Assembly (NCBI GenBank): GCA_009693005.1
Contig: SHYC01000002.1
Coordinates: forward strand, 1 to 34,677
DNA: 34,677 nucleotides
Direction: 5' to 3'
DNA from: Dehalococcoidia bacterium
GTDB lineage: Bacteria > Chloroflexota > Dehalococcoidia > SHYD01 > SHYC01
Shown: positions 11,563-19,611 of the stretch, piece after piece
Layout: each line of letters opens with the position of its first letter
Position numbering within the stretch: the first letter of the stretch is position 1
Position numbers and translations under genes: made by a program
Notes under the pieces: model-generated
Told to the model about the DNA's origin: nothing
Databases searched by the model: none
Seen by the model: the letters and a program-made list of their open reading frames with translations, nothing else

Positions 11563-12180
11563 GTGCACGCTTCTACGACAGCGCATCCCGCAGAACACGA
11601 TACTAGCACGGGGCTAGACAACCGAAAGCTCCTCATGTGGGCATTCCTTGGGTCGGACTGTTTGTTTTTCGGCTCCTTGATTTCCACTTATATGATATAT
11701 CGCGGGCGGAGTTTAACGCCGCCTTTCCCTGGAGAGGTCTTCGATATTCCCTACACCTCTGTCAGCGCCTTTGTTCTCCTCATGAGCAGCTTGACTATGG
11801 TGCTGGCCCTGGCCGCTCTACAAAGAGACGACCAGAGGGGCGCAAAGACATGGATCATGGCGACAGCTTTATTGGGGTCCGTGTTTGTGGGTGGTCAGGT
11901 GTATGAGTTTACAACGTTTGTTCACGAGGGCTTGACGCTTAGCGTCAACCTCTTTGGCACCAGTTTCTTTGTGCTTACAGGCTTTCACGGGACTCACGTC
12001 ACTATAGGGGTCATTATCCTGCTGTCATTGTTTATTATGGCGTGGAGAGGAAAGCTTACGTCCCATAACAGCCTGAACCTTGAAATAGCCGGACTGTACT
12101 GGCACTTTGTTGATATCGTCTGGATTGTCATCTTCACCCTGGTATATCTTCTGCCTTATCCCGAGCACATCGCGGGATAA
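11563..12180 (+). CDS. ctaE: Cytochrome c oxidase subunit III
   Basis: GTG start behind GGAGAGAGGGA. Motifs FFGSLISTY, GFHGTHVTIGV and YWHFVDIVWI are typical of subunit III. Confidence 0.93.
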   Translation: MHASTTAHPAEHDTSTGLDNRKLLMWAFLGSDCLFFGSLISTYMIYRGRSLTPPFPGEVFDIPYTSVSAFVLLMSSLTMVLALAALQRDDQRGAKTWIMATALLGSVFVGGQVYEFTTFVHEGLTLSVNLFGTSFFVLTGFHGTHVTIGVIILLSLFIMAWRGKLTSHNSLNLEIAGLYWHFVDIVWIVIFTLVYLLPYPEHIAG

Positions 12181-12210
12181 GGCACCAAGCTTGCAACGAA
12201 AGGAGGTCTT

Positions 12211-12522
12211 ATGAGACATACCAATACGGGACATACACAAGGAGCCCATGCGACACCCAAGCAATATGTGCAGGTTGCTGTAATACTCAGCATCATTACT
12301 GCTCTTGAAGTCGCTGTATATTACATACCATCAATGAAGGCAGCCTTAGTACCTATCTTGCTTGTGCTTTCTACGGTCAAGTTCGCAATGGTGGTGATGT
12401 TCTTCATGCACCTGAAATCCGATCATAAGCTCTTCTCGATCTTTTTCACCGGACCCCTGGTTCTAACAATCGTCGTAATACTGGCGCTTATGACGCTGTT
12501 TGGAGCGCTCTTTACTTCCTAG
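12211..12522 (+). CDS. ctaF: Cytochrome c oxidase subunit IV (prokaryotic caa3 type)
   Basis: 103-aa three-helix protein with KFAMVVMFFMHLK, at the expected position after ctaE. AAGGAGG RBS. Confidence 0.85.
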   Translation: MRHTNTGHTQGAHATPKQYVQVAVILSIITALEVAVYYIPSMKAALVPILLVLSTVKFAMVVMFFMHLKSDHKLFSIFFTGPLVLTIVVILALMTLFGALFTS

Positions 12523-12578
12523 CGCGCAGTAGAAAGCGCGATAAACTATGGTAGCCGGTTCTCTTTGGATACGGGTTC

Positions 12579-13430
12579 ATGCCTCCTGATCTTCACACGC
12601 ATTTGGACGTTCTGTTTTGGGTAGCGCTAATTGAAGGAGCGTATCTTTTAGCGGTTTTTCCGCTGCGCAAGCGCTATGGATGGTCTGATGAAGTTGATCC
12701 TACCAGGGCCTGTCTTTTCTCATTGGGTGTCGCGGTAATCTACCTTGCAGAAGGCACTTCCCTCCACGATCTAAGTGAGAAGTATTTATTCAGCGCCCAC
12801 ATGGTGCAGCATTTAATGCTGACAATGGCCGTGCCGCCGTTACTGCTGGCAGGCACACCAGACTGGCTGGCGAGGGTTATCCTCAGGCCGCAATTACTTT
12901 TCAGGTTGGTAAAGTTCTTAACATATCCCGTCACCGCGTTTTTGATCTTCAACGCCGTCCTGGCCTTTTGGCACCTGCCTGAGTTTTATGACTTGACGTT
13001 AAGCGTCCATACTTGGCACATAGTCGAGCATCTGATGTTCATATCTGCTGCAACCATTATGTGGTGGCCGGTAATGAGCCCCGTCCCTGAGCTAAATAAG
13101 CTGCCGTATATGGGCCAGATGTTTTACCTCTTTGTACAGACCTTTGTGCCGATTGTTATCGGTGGTATAGCTACTTTTGCCGACCAGATGGTATACCATG
13201 GATACGTGAACGCGCCCAGACTATGGGGTATTTCTGCCGCCGCCGACCAGCAGATAGGCGGTATGATAATGAAGATCGCGGGAACGCTGATCCTCTTGGT
13301 GGCTATGACCGTTATCTTCTTCACCTGGTTCAATGAGGAAGACGCTGAATCGCCTCACAGCAAGCCCTTAAAATGGGAGGAAGTAGAGGATGAGCTTGCG
13401 ACCATGGGTCTGACCAAGAAGCAGCCCTAG
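12579..13430 (+). CDS. ctaG: Cytochrome c oxidase assembly factor CtaG (caa3 type membrane protein)
   Basis: Polytopic membrane protein with HMVQHLMLTMAVPPLLLAGTP and IVEHLMFISAATIMWWPV. Gene order ctaCDEFG is as in Bacillus-type operons. Confidence 0.85.
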   Translation: MPPDLHTHLDVLFWVALIEGAYLLAVFPLRKRYGWSDEVDPTRACLFSLGVAVIYLAEGTSLHDLSEKYLFSAHMVQHLMLTMAVPPLLLAGTPDWLARVILRPQLLFRLVKFLTYPVTAFLIFNAVLAFWHLPEFYDLTLSVHTWHIVEHLMFISAATIMWWPVMSPVPELNKLPYMGQMFYLFVQTFVPIVIGGIATFADQMVYHGYVNAPRLWGISAAADQQIGGMIMKIAGTLILLVAMTVIFFTWFNEEDAESPHSKPLKWEEVEDELATMGLTKKQP

Positions 13431-13484
13431 CACAAGAGCGATAAAACATAAAGACTGGTGACTGTATATAGATTTCACCGAATA

Positions 13485-13559
13485 TGTCATTCTGAGTGAC
13501 AGCTAAGAATCTCGGTTGTGGCTGGCAGATTCTTCGGTCTTGCCTCCCTCAGAATGACA
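13485..13559. repeat. Nested palindromic miniature repeat, copy A (GTCATTCTGAG..AAGAATCT units in inverted orientation); possible cta operon terminator
   Basis: Outer arms tgtcattctgag (13485-13496) / ctcagaatgaca (13548-13559) are perfect 12-mers. Inner arms aagaatct (13505-13512) / agattctt (13527-13534) are also perfect. A tttt run follows at 13565-13568. The same unit recurs at 33177-33276. Confidence 0.6.
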
Positions 13560-13646
13560 AGTAGTTTTCAACCTTCGTGGGTGCGGGTCGCAACTGGCAT
13601 TGGGGATAGACACTAAAAGCAGTAATAGAAAAGAGAGGACGATTTC

Positions 13647-13868
13647 ATGGAGCGTTTGGGACTTCCCTTTCTCATCCCGGTAGGATCGATAGTAGGCACC
13701 TTTCTCATGATATTCATAATATCTCGCATTCTTTTGTTTGCGCATGAAGCTAAAGTAGCTGTACCCTTGGCCATGATCATTGCCACGCTTATCCTGATAG
13801 GTGCAGCCGTTGTCGCCTCGACTGGAAGCTCTGGGCATACTACCAGAAGCCAGCGGAGACGCCGTTAA
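13647..13868 (+). CDS. Possible small two-helix membrane protein (73 aa)
   Basis: AGAGAGGA RBS 8 nt upstream of the ATG. Two clear hydrophobic helices (FLIPVGSIVGTFLMIFIISRILLF, VPLAMIIATLILIGAAVVA) and a basic tail RSQRRRR. The competing antisense 141-aa ORF looks like noise. Confidence 0.45.
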   Translation: MERLGLPFLIPVGSIVGTFLMIFIISRILLFAHEAKVAVPLAMIIATLILIGAAVVASTGSSGHTTRSQRRRR

Positions 13869-13928
13869 ACGGCAAAAAAGGCTATAGGCCTCGCGCAAAA
13901 TTCCAGGGCTTTTGCCTGTCATCGCCAA

Positions 13929-14621
13929 TTAGCCGAGCAACAAAAGAATATCGTGGGCTATGTCGAGTGGCTCAATCGCGTTTCCATACACTATCCGGAC
14001 CCTGCCCTCCTTATCGGTCAAGTGTACGGGAGCGGCGTGTTGGACTTCGTAGATAGCGTCCGCGGCTCCTGCGCTGTTTCCTCCGGTGGTAGAATCAAAG
14101 GACTTGGCGTCCCCCTTGATTGGCCCAGCCCAAAACTCCTTCCACAGGGGTTGCAGGAACGCTTCATTGCCAGTTAGGAAGTCCCACTTATCTGTCATAT
14201 CCCAGCGGTCTGAGAACTCCTTCATTCTGTTCGGAGTGTCTCTATCTGGGTCAACTGAGATTGCGACGAAGGCCACATTATCGGACTTATCTCTTACCAG
14301 TTCGTAGGTGTCCCTCAGCTTTGCTGCGGTAAGGGGACAGGCGTCCACACAAGAGGTAAACAGAAATGTCATTACCACCACTTTCCCCTTGTATTCGTCC
14401 GAGCTAACAGTATCGCCAAACTGGTTCGTCAGAGTAAACGCCGGCATCTGTTTTGGCTCATCCAGCCTGAAGCCCCGAGCCTCAGACGCCTGTTGGAGGT
14501 TGAACAGCACCAGAGTCCCGATAAGGAAGACCAGCGCGACAAGGGTAGCCATTACGGCAAAGATGCGCCACGACGGGATGCTAAGATTGGAATTGCTCGA
14601 GGTCTTGGATGTAACCGACAT
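13929..14621 (-). CDS. SCO1/SenC-family thioredoxin-fold copper chaperone (cytochrome oxidase CuA assembly)
   Basis: CxxxC copper site in FLFTSCVDACPLT, an N-terminal membrane anchor (IFAVMATLVALVFLIGTLVLF), and convergent placement next to the cta operon. Start is ATG 14621; the ORF track's TTG 14633 is possible. Confidence 0.9.
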   Translation of the reverse strand: MSVTSKTSSNSNLSIPSWRIFAVMATLVALVFLIGTLVLFNLQQASEARGFRLDEPKQMPAFTLTNQFGDTVSSDEYKGKVVVMTFLFTSCVDACPLTAAKLRDTYELVRDKSDNVAFVAISVDPDRDTPNRMKEFSDRWDMTDKWDFLTGNEAFLQPLWKEFWAGPIKGDAKSFDSTTGGNSAGAADAIYEVQHAAPVHLTDKEGRVRIVYGNAIEPLDIAHDILLLLG

Positions 14622-14805
14622 ATTGGGTACCAACCCCTGGGATCAAAGTGTCACTGCTGCGTATGCTATCACTGTTAGTGAGAGAGCGTCAAAGGTAATG
14701 TGCGATTACGAGCAAGAGCTTTTAGGTTAGTTGTAAGTTGAGGCGCATAATGAATCCCTGCAAGAGTTCTGCCATAGTCGGAACGCCCAAATTGGGGTTT
14801 CAGCG

Positions 14806-17800
14806 GTGCACGTAGTTCACGGGACCTGGATTCCGGACGAGACCGAAGATTACGTTCAGCCAGGTGGTTTTTACCTCTGGGTCGAAACCGACGCGCCGGT
14901 ACGCGCGCCACGCGGCCCCTCTGCCCAAATGCTCCACCCCCGCCATTTGCTCGACGCGCCCCTGGCACAATTTCTCGACGAGAAGCTGGGGATTCGTGAC
15001 AACTACAGGACAACGATTACTCGTGTGCTCTCCCGCCGGTTTTTCCTACTGCCTACCTCCGGTGGGGCGCCGCTTCCTTCTGTTGAACTGCAGCATTATG
15101 TGGATCAAGATATCCCGGACTCTTTCGATCTCAGCTCCTGGCAGGTCCGCTGCTACCAGGTGAGCGATGTCATAAGAACGCTGAACGACATTTACTTCGT
15201 CGCTCTCAATTCCCCCGCGGATTTTCAGCTTGGCGCGGACTTTCTTTTCTGGCGCCACTTCAGCCAGGTGCTCAAGCAGATCATCGCGCGTGAGCAATAT
15301 ATACCCGCGATCAAATATCAAGAGATCGCCCTGCCGGGAGGGAACACCTCCAAGCCCCTGCCCGAGTTTAAGCTGCATCCAGGATGGGAGATACTCTCCA
15401 GTTTGTATGAGGCGGCCGTACCGCAGTACGTCGCCGCGATGCCCCTGCTGTGTACAACGGGATCGACGTCGACCGTCGCGACGGTCGCCAACAAGGAATC
15501 ACTCCTGCGCCACTTTGCCGAATGCCTGCTGCAAGACGTGGTGAGCCGTACGCCCCTGCCGGCGAAGGTCGACCAAGAGATCGCCGGAACGTTCTTATAC
15601 CGCGCGATGTATTCCTATCCCCCGGATACACGGTCCCGGCCGCCATATAACCCGCTCGCCGAATACCGCGCTTGGGCGGGCTGGCGCGAAAAGCTGCTCA
15701 AGGGGCAAGCCGGCGCGGGATTCACGCTTGGGTTCCAAATGGAAGAAGCGTCCGCCGATGACGGCGCTTGGCGGCTGCACTTTCAGGTGGCAGCGCAGCG
15801 CGATCCCTCACAGCGTCTGCGTCTCGCCGAGTACTGGGAGATGGCCCCGCCAGCCCGTGCCACTGCCGCGCGACCCTTCGGCGAGGACTTCGAGAAGTAC
15901 TTGCTGCTGGGCCTGGGTCACGCGGCGCGGATATATCCGGAGCTGTGGCGCGGCATGGAGACGAGTCAACCGGCCAGCTTGCGGCTAACGTTGGAGGAAG
16001 CGTTTGCCTTTCTGAAAGAACAAGCCTGGGTCCTGGAGGACGCAGGCTACACCGTCAGCGTGCCGGCGTGGTGGACGCCGGAGGGACAACGGCGCGCGAA
16101 GCTGCGTATGAAGACTACCCCAAGGGCGACGAAAGGAAGCACTGCGGTGACCGCCGGGTACCTCACGATCGACGCCATAGTGTCCTATCACTATGAGCTG
16201 GCTATTGGCGACACGGTTGTCTCAGAAGAGGAATGGCTGAGATTGGTCGAGTCCAAGACGCCGCTGGTGCGTTTCCGCGGGCAATGGATAGAGCTCGACC
16301 GCGACCGCATGCGCCAGCTACTTGAGTTCTGGCAAACGCACCGTGAGGACAAACCAGAGCTCACCATTCAAGACCTGCTGAAGGCCTCCGCCGACGCCGA
16401 GGACGATGTGGAATGGGAGTACGACCCGGTCTTGCAAGCGATGCTCGCCCGCTTGCAAGACAAGAGCGCGTTCGCTCCAATAGCAGATCCGCCGGAGCTT
16501 CGGGGGAGTCTGCGCGATTACCAGCGGCGGGGCGTTGCCTGGCTTGCCTATCTCGAAAGCCTGGACCTGAACCCGTGTCTGGCCGACGACATGGGGTTGG
16601 GAAAAACCCTGGAGGTAATCGTCCGGCTGCTCGATGAAAGGGGCTCAACGGAGCCGCTTGCGCCCACTCTGGTGATCGCGCCGACTTCGGTGCTGGGAAA
16701 CTGGCGCAAGGAGATCGAGCGTTTCGCCCCATCTCTGCGGACATTTGTGCATCAAGGCAGCGGCAGAGCCTCCGACGAACGTCTGTTTCGTGACGCGTGC
16801 CAGGCCTGCGACGTGGTTATCACCTCATTTGCTCTGGCCCGCCTGGATGAGAAGCTCCTTCGAGGAGTCAAGTGGGGACGCGTCGTGGTTGATGAAGCTC
16901 AGAACATCAAGAATCCCCAGGCCGCACAGACCAAGGCGATCGCCAGAATTGAGTCGCCGCGCCGTTTGGCGCTGACCGGTACGCCGGTCGAGAACCGTCT
17001 ACGCGACCTCTGGTCCATCTTCAATTTTCTCAATCCCGGCTATCTGGGGAAAGAGGCGCAGTTCCGTAAGAACTTCGAGCTCCCAATCCAAAAGTACAAC
17101 GATATCGCGCGCGCGGCGACGCTGAAGCGGCTGGTCGAGCCGTTCATCCTGCGGCGGGTCAAGACGGATAAATCGATTATCTCCGAATTGCCCGAGAAGA
17201 TCGAGCAGAAAGTGTATTGCCAGCTCACCCCGGAACAGGCGTCGCTCTATGCTGCGGTGGTGCAAGACGTCGAAAAGCAGATCGAGGAAGCAGAAGGCAT
17301 GCAGCGTAGAGGCCTGATCCTGGCGACGCTCTTGAAGCTGAAGCAAGTGTGCAACCACCCGGCGCAGTTTCTCCAGGATGGCAGCGCGTTCACCAGCGAG
17401 CGTTCCCACAAGCTGCAGCGCTTGAGCGAGATGGTTGAAGAAGCGATTGTAAACGGCGACAGCCTCCTCATCTTCACCCAGTTCACCGAGATCGGGTCCG
17501 CGCTGGACCAGTATATAGCGCGCACATTGCATTACAACACGTCCTATCTCTACGGTGGGACGAGCGCCCCGCGGCGCGAGCGGATGATTTCGGAGTTCCA
17601 GGATCCCGAGAGCGAGCCCACGGCCTTCATCCTCTCGCTGCGGGCCGGTGGCGTAGGATTGAACCTCACCCGGGCGAATCACGTCTTTCACTTTGATCGT
17701 TGGTGGAACCCCGCGGTCGAGGACCAGGCAACGGACCGCGCTTTCCGGATCGGCCAACGAAAGAATGTCATGGTCCACAAGTTTGTCGCTGTGGGGACGG

Positions 17801-17946
17801 TTGAGGAGCGGATCGACCAGATGATTGAGGACAAAAAGCGCCTCTCCGGCACGATCATCGGCGCGGACGAGTCCTGGCTCACCGAGCTTGACAACGAAAC
17901 CTTCAAGGACTTGATCGCGCTCCGCCGAGATGCGGTGCTGGCGTAG
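14806..17946 (+). CDS. SNF2-family DNA-dependent ATPase/helicase with long N-terminal bacterial SNF2-associated region (helZ-like)
   Basis: GTG start gives the family-typical MHVVHGTWIPDE..FYLWVE. Helicase motifs are LADDMGLGKT (I), VVDEAQNIKN (II), LTGTPVEN (III) and QATDRAFRIGQ (VI). VRFRGQWIELDRDRM precedes the core. Confidence 0.93.
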   Translation: MHVVHGTWIPDETEDYVQPGGFYLWVETDAPVRAPRGPSAQMLHPRHLLDAPLAQFLDEKLGIRDNYRTTITRVLSRRFFLLPTSGGAPLPSVELQHYVDQDIPDSFDLSSWQVRCYQVSDVIRTLNDIYFVALNSPADFQLGADFLFWRHFSQVLKQIIAREQYIPAIKYQEIALPGGNTSKPLPEFKLHPGWEILSSLYEAAVPQYVAAMPLLCTTGSTSTVATVANKESLLRHFAECLLQDVVSRTPLPAKVDQEIAGTFLYRAMYSYPPDTRSRPPYNPLAEYRAWAGWREKLLKGQAGAGFTLGFQMEEASADDGAWRLHFQVAAQRDPSQRLRLAEYWEMAPPARATAARPFGEDFEKYLLLGLGHAARIYPELWRGMETSQPASLRLTLEEAFAFLKEQAWVLEDAGYTVSVPAWWTPEGQRRAKLRMKTTPRATKGSTAVTAGYLTIDAIVSYHYELAIGDTVVSEEEWLRLVESKTPLVRFRGQWIELDRDRMRQLLEFWQTHREDKPELTIQDLLKASADAEDDVEWEYDPVLQAMLARLQDKSAFAPIADPPELRGSLRDYQRRGVAWLAYLESLDLNPCLADDMGLGKTLEVIVRLLDERGSTEPLAPTLVIAPTSVLGNWRKEIERFAPSLRTFVHQGSGRASDERLFRDACQACDVVITSFALARLDEKLLRGVKWGRVVVDEAQNIKNPQAAQTKAIARIESPRRLALTGTPVENRLRDLWSIFNFLNPGYLGKEAQFRKNFELPIQKYNDIARAATLKRLVEPFILRRVKTDKSIISELPEKIEQKVYCQLTPEQASLYAAVVQDVEKQIEEAEGMQRRGLILATLLKLKQVCNHPAQFLQDGSAFTSERSHKLQRLSEMVEEAIVNGDSLLIFTQFTEIGSALDQYIARTLHYNTSYLYGGTSAPRRERMISEFQDPESEPTAFILSLRAGGVGLNLTRANHVFHFDRWWNPAVEDQATDRAFRIGQRKNVMVHKFVAVGTVEERIDQMIEDKKRLSGTIIGADESWLTELDNETFKDLIALRRDAVLA

Positions 17947-17998
17947 CGCCCGTAAGCTGGGCAATAGTGCGCCATCTTGTGCAGAAAAGGAGTAAGAT

Positions 17999-18838
17999 AT
18001 GGCAGGAATTGGTCGGACTTGGTGGGGGAAGCGGTTCATCGAAGCCTTAGAGCAGTTCACCGATCGGGCGCGCCTGGGTCGCGGACGGTCTTATGCGCTT
18101 GGAGGGCGGATTCTCGACTACCAGATCAAGAATGGCAAGGTGCGTGCGAAGGTACGCGGATCGACCAATTCGTACTATGGGGTGTACGAGGAGCCAATCT
18201 ACACGACGACGGTGGCGCTGGAGCCAATCTCGCCGGACGGTTGGAGCGTGGTGATCGCTGACCTAATGGACAGGGCGGCGCCGGTCGCGAAGCTGCTTCT
18301 CAACGAGATGCCCGAGGACATTGACGACACTTTTGGCCGCTCGGGATTGCAATTGCTCCCGGCTGACGAGGAGGATTTTACCACCGACTGCTCCTGCCCG
18401 GACTATTATAATCCGTGCAAACACATCGCCGGGCTCTGCTACGTGCTGGCGTCGGTGCTGGACCAGGACCCCTTCCTGCTGTTCGAGCTGCGAGGCCTCG
18501 CACGAGAGCAGCTGCGCGTGGAGCTGGAACGCTCTCCCCTGGGACAGTTGCTCGCCTCCGAGTTCGACGTGCCGGAGCCGGAGCCTCAGCCTGCCCTGTC
18601 GTACTACACCCGGCCGGTCGCCGAGCCCGCGCCGCCGGCAGTAAGTTATAAGGAGTTCTGGACCGGGGCCCGTCGCTTACCGGGGCTGGCCGAAAGTTCC
18701 AAGGCTCCCGTTGTCGCAGCCCTCCTGATCAGAAAAGGGGGTGACTATCCGCCCTTCTGGCTCAAGGACAAGTCCTTCATTTCGGTCATGGAAGAGATCT
18801 ACGAGCGCGTTCGGGCCAAGAGTCCGCAGATGAAGTGA
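17999..18838 (+). CDS. SWIM zinc-finger protein (partner of the SNF2 helicase)
   Basis: CxCx7CxH finger CSCPDYYNPCKH, and an N-terminal WWGKRFIEALE..RLGRGRSYALGG..VRAKVRGS module typical of bacterial SWIM proteins. AAGGAG RBS, 52 nt after the helicase stop. Confidence 0.9.
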   Translation: MAGIGRTWWGKRFIEALEQFTDRARLGRGRSYALGGRILDYQIKNGKVRAKVRGSTNSYYGVYEEPIYTTTVALEPISPDGWSVVIADLMDRAAPVAKLLLNEMPEDIDDTFGRSGLQLLPADEEDFTTDCSCPDYYNPCKHIAGLCYVLASVLDQDPFLLFELRGLAREQLRVELERSPLGQLLASEFDVPEPEPQPALSYYTRPVAEPAPPAVSYKEFWTGARRLPGLAESSKAPVVAALLIRKGGDYPPFWLKDKSFISVMEEIYERVRAKSPQMK

Positions 18839-18879
18839 GCGCGGTGATATTCCCACTTCTGCATCTCGTTTTTCTTCGT

Positions 18880-19251
18880 TCACTGTCCTCGCGCCACAGC
18901 GATTATCAGCATCGCCCATCCGGCCAGAAGGCAAACGCCGCCTAGAGGCGTGATCGCGCCCAGCCATCTGATTCCGCTGATGGAGAGAAGGTAGAGGCTG
19001 CCTGAGAACAGCACTACCCCTATCGTGAAAAGCCAGCCGGCCGCTGTGGTCGGCCAGCCGCCCCAGCGAGTGGCGGCGTAGCTCATTGCCAGGAGCGCCA
19101 GCGCGTGGTAGACCTGGTAGCGCGCCGCGGTCTCGAAGACGTCGAGGTACTCAGGGGTGAGTCTGTCCTTGAGGATGTGAGCGCCGAAGGCCCCGGCAGC
19201 TACGCCAAACAGTCCATAGATGCTGCCGATCAAGAACCAGGTGCGGTCCAT
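18880..19251 (-). CDS. DUF423 (YgdD-like) small membrane protein
   Basis: GAFGAH, LFSGSLY and TPLGG..LAGWA motifs align with my memory of E. coli YgdD. Four TM helices. The start is 2 nt after the upstream stop (TAGCGATG). Confidence 0.85.
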   Translation of the reverse strand: MDRTWFLIGSIYGLFGVAAGAFGAHILKDRLTPEYLDVFETAARYQVYHALALLAMSYAATRWGGWPTTAAGWLFTIGVVLFSGSLYLLSISGIRWLGAITPLGGVCLLAGWAMLIIAVARGQ

Positions 19252-19253
19252 CG

Positions 19254-19478
19254 CTAACCCTCGTATAGCTTCACCACTTTGATGGCGCCGGGAGGACAGG
19301 CCTCAACGCAGAGGTCGCAGAGCACGCACTCATCCAGGTTATCTTCCACGATGCGAAGGGTCCCGTCGGGGTTCTGGGCAAAGATGTCTACAGGGCATAT
19401 CTCGGTGAGTTTTTTCGCCAGCTCCGCATTGGAGTGTACAGAGCTGTCCGCGTCTACTCTTATGAACATTGAAGGCAT
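19254..19478 (-). CDS. Small ferredoxin-like 4Fe-4S protein (74 aa)
   Basis: ICPVD .. CVLCDLCVEACPPGA (CP..CxxCxxCxxxCP). ATG 19476-19478 is preceded by AAGGGAG. The ORF-track extension to 19571 runs through a GC-rich repeat and is probably spurious. Confidence 0.8.
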   Translation of the reverse strand: MPSMFIRVDADSSVHSNAELAKKLTEICPVDIFAQNPDGTLRIVEDNLDECVLCDLCVEACPPGAIKVVKLYEG

Positions 19479-19508
19479 TTTAAGACTCCCTTGTCTTGCA
19501 ATCGTTGT

Positions 19509-19553
19509 CTCCACCCGCTCGTGGTGAGCCTGTCGAACCATGGGCGGGTGGAG
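19509..19553. repeat. GC-rich long hairpin within a 133-nt intra-operon spacer (repeat-element-like)
   Basis: ctccacccgc (19509-19518) / gcgggtggag (19544-19553) is a perfect 10-bp inverted repeat. It extends to ~17 bp with two G-T positions (19509-19525 / 19537-19553) and an 11-nt loop. No U-run follows on the transcribed (minus) strand. Confidence 0.5.
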
Positions 19554-19611
19554 CTTGGTGCCACTGCTCACCCTTCGAGAGCCTCAGGGCGAGCGGATAC
19601 GGGAAGGCTCA

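Noticed and set aside
13503-13928. 141-aa minus-strand ORF between ctaG and SCO
   Set aside because: Its translation is highly charged and low-complexity (..YYEYHEKGAYYRSYRDEKGKS..), and it runs through the palindromic repeat. The opposite-strand 73-aa ORF has a real RBS and a membrane-protein character.
16999-18060. 353-aa ORF antisense to the SNF2 helicase, plus many 60-140-aa ORFs on both strands between 14.8 and 18.9 kb
   Set aside because: These are shadow ORFs expected in 65% GC DNA. They are Arg/Ala/Gly/Pro-rich low-complexity translations with no RBS, and they fully overlap a gene with complete helicase motifs.
19479-19571. N-terminal 31-residue extension of the ferredoxin-like ORF
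   Set aside because: The extension is encoded by the GC-rich hairpin element. An internal ATG with an AAGGGAG RBS gives a normal 74-aa ferredoxin-sized product.
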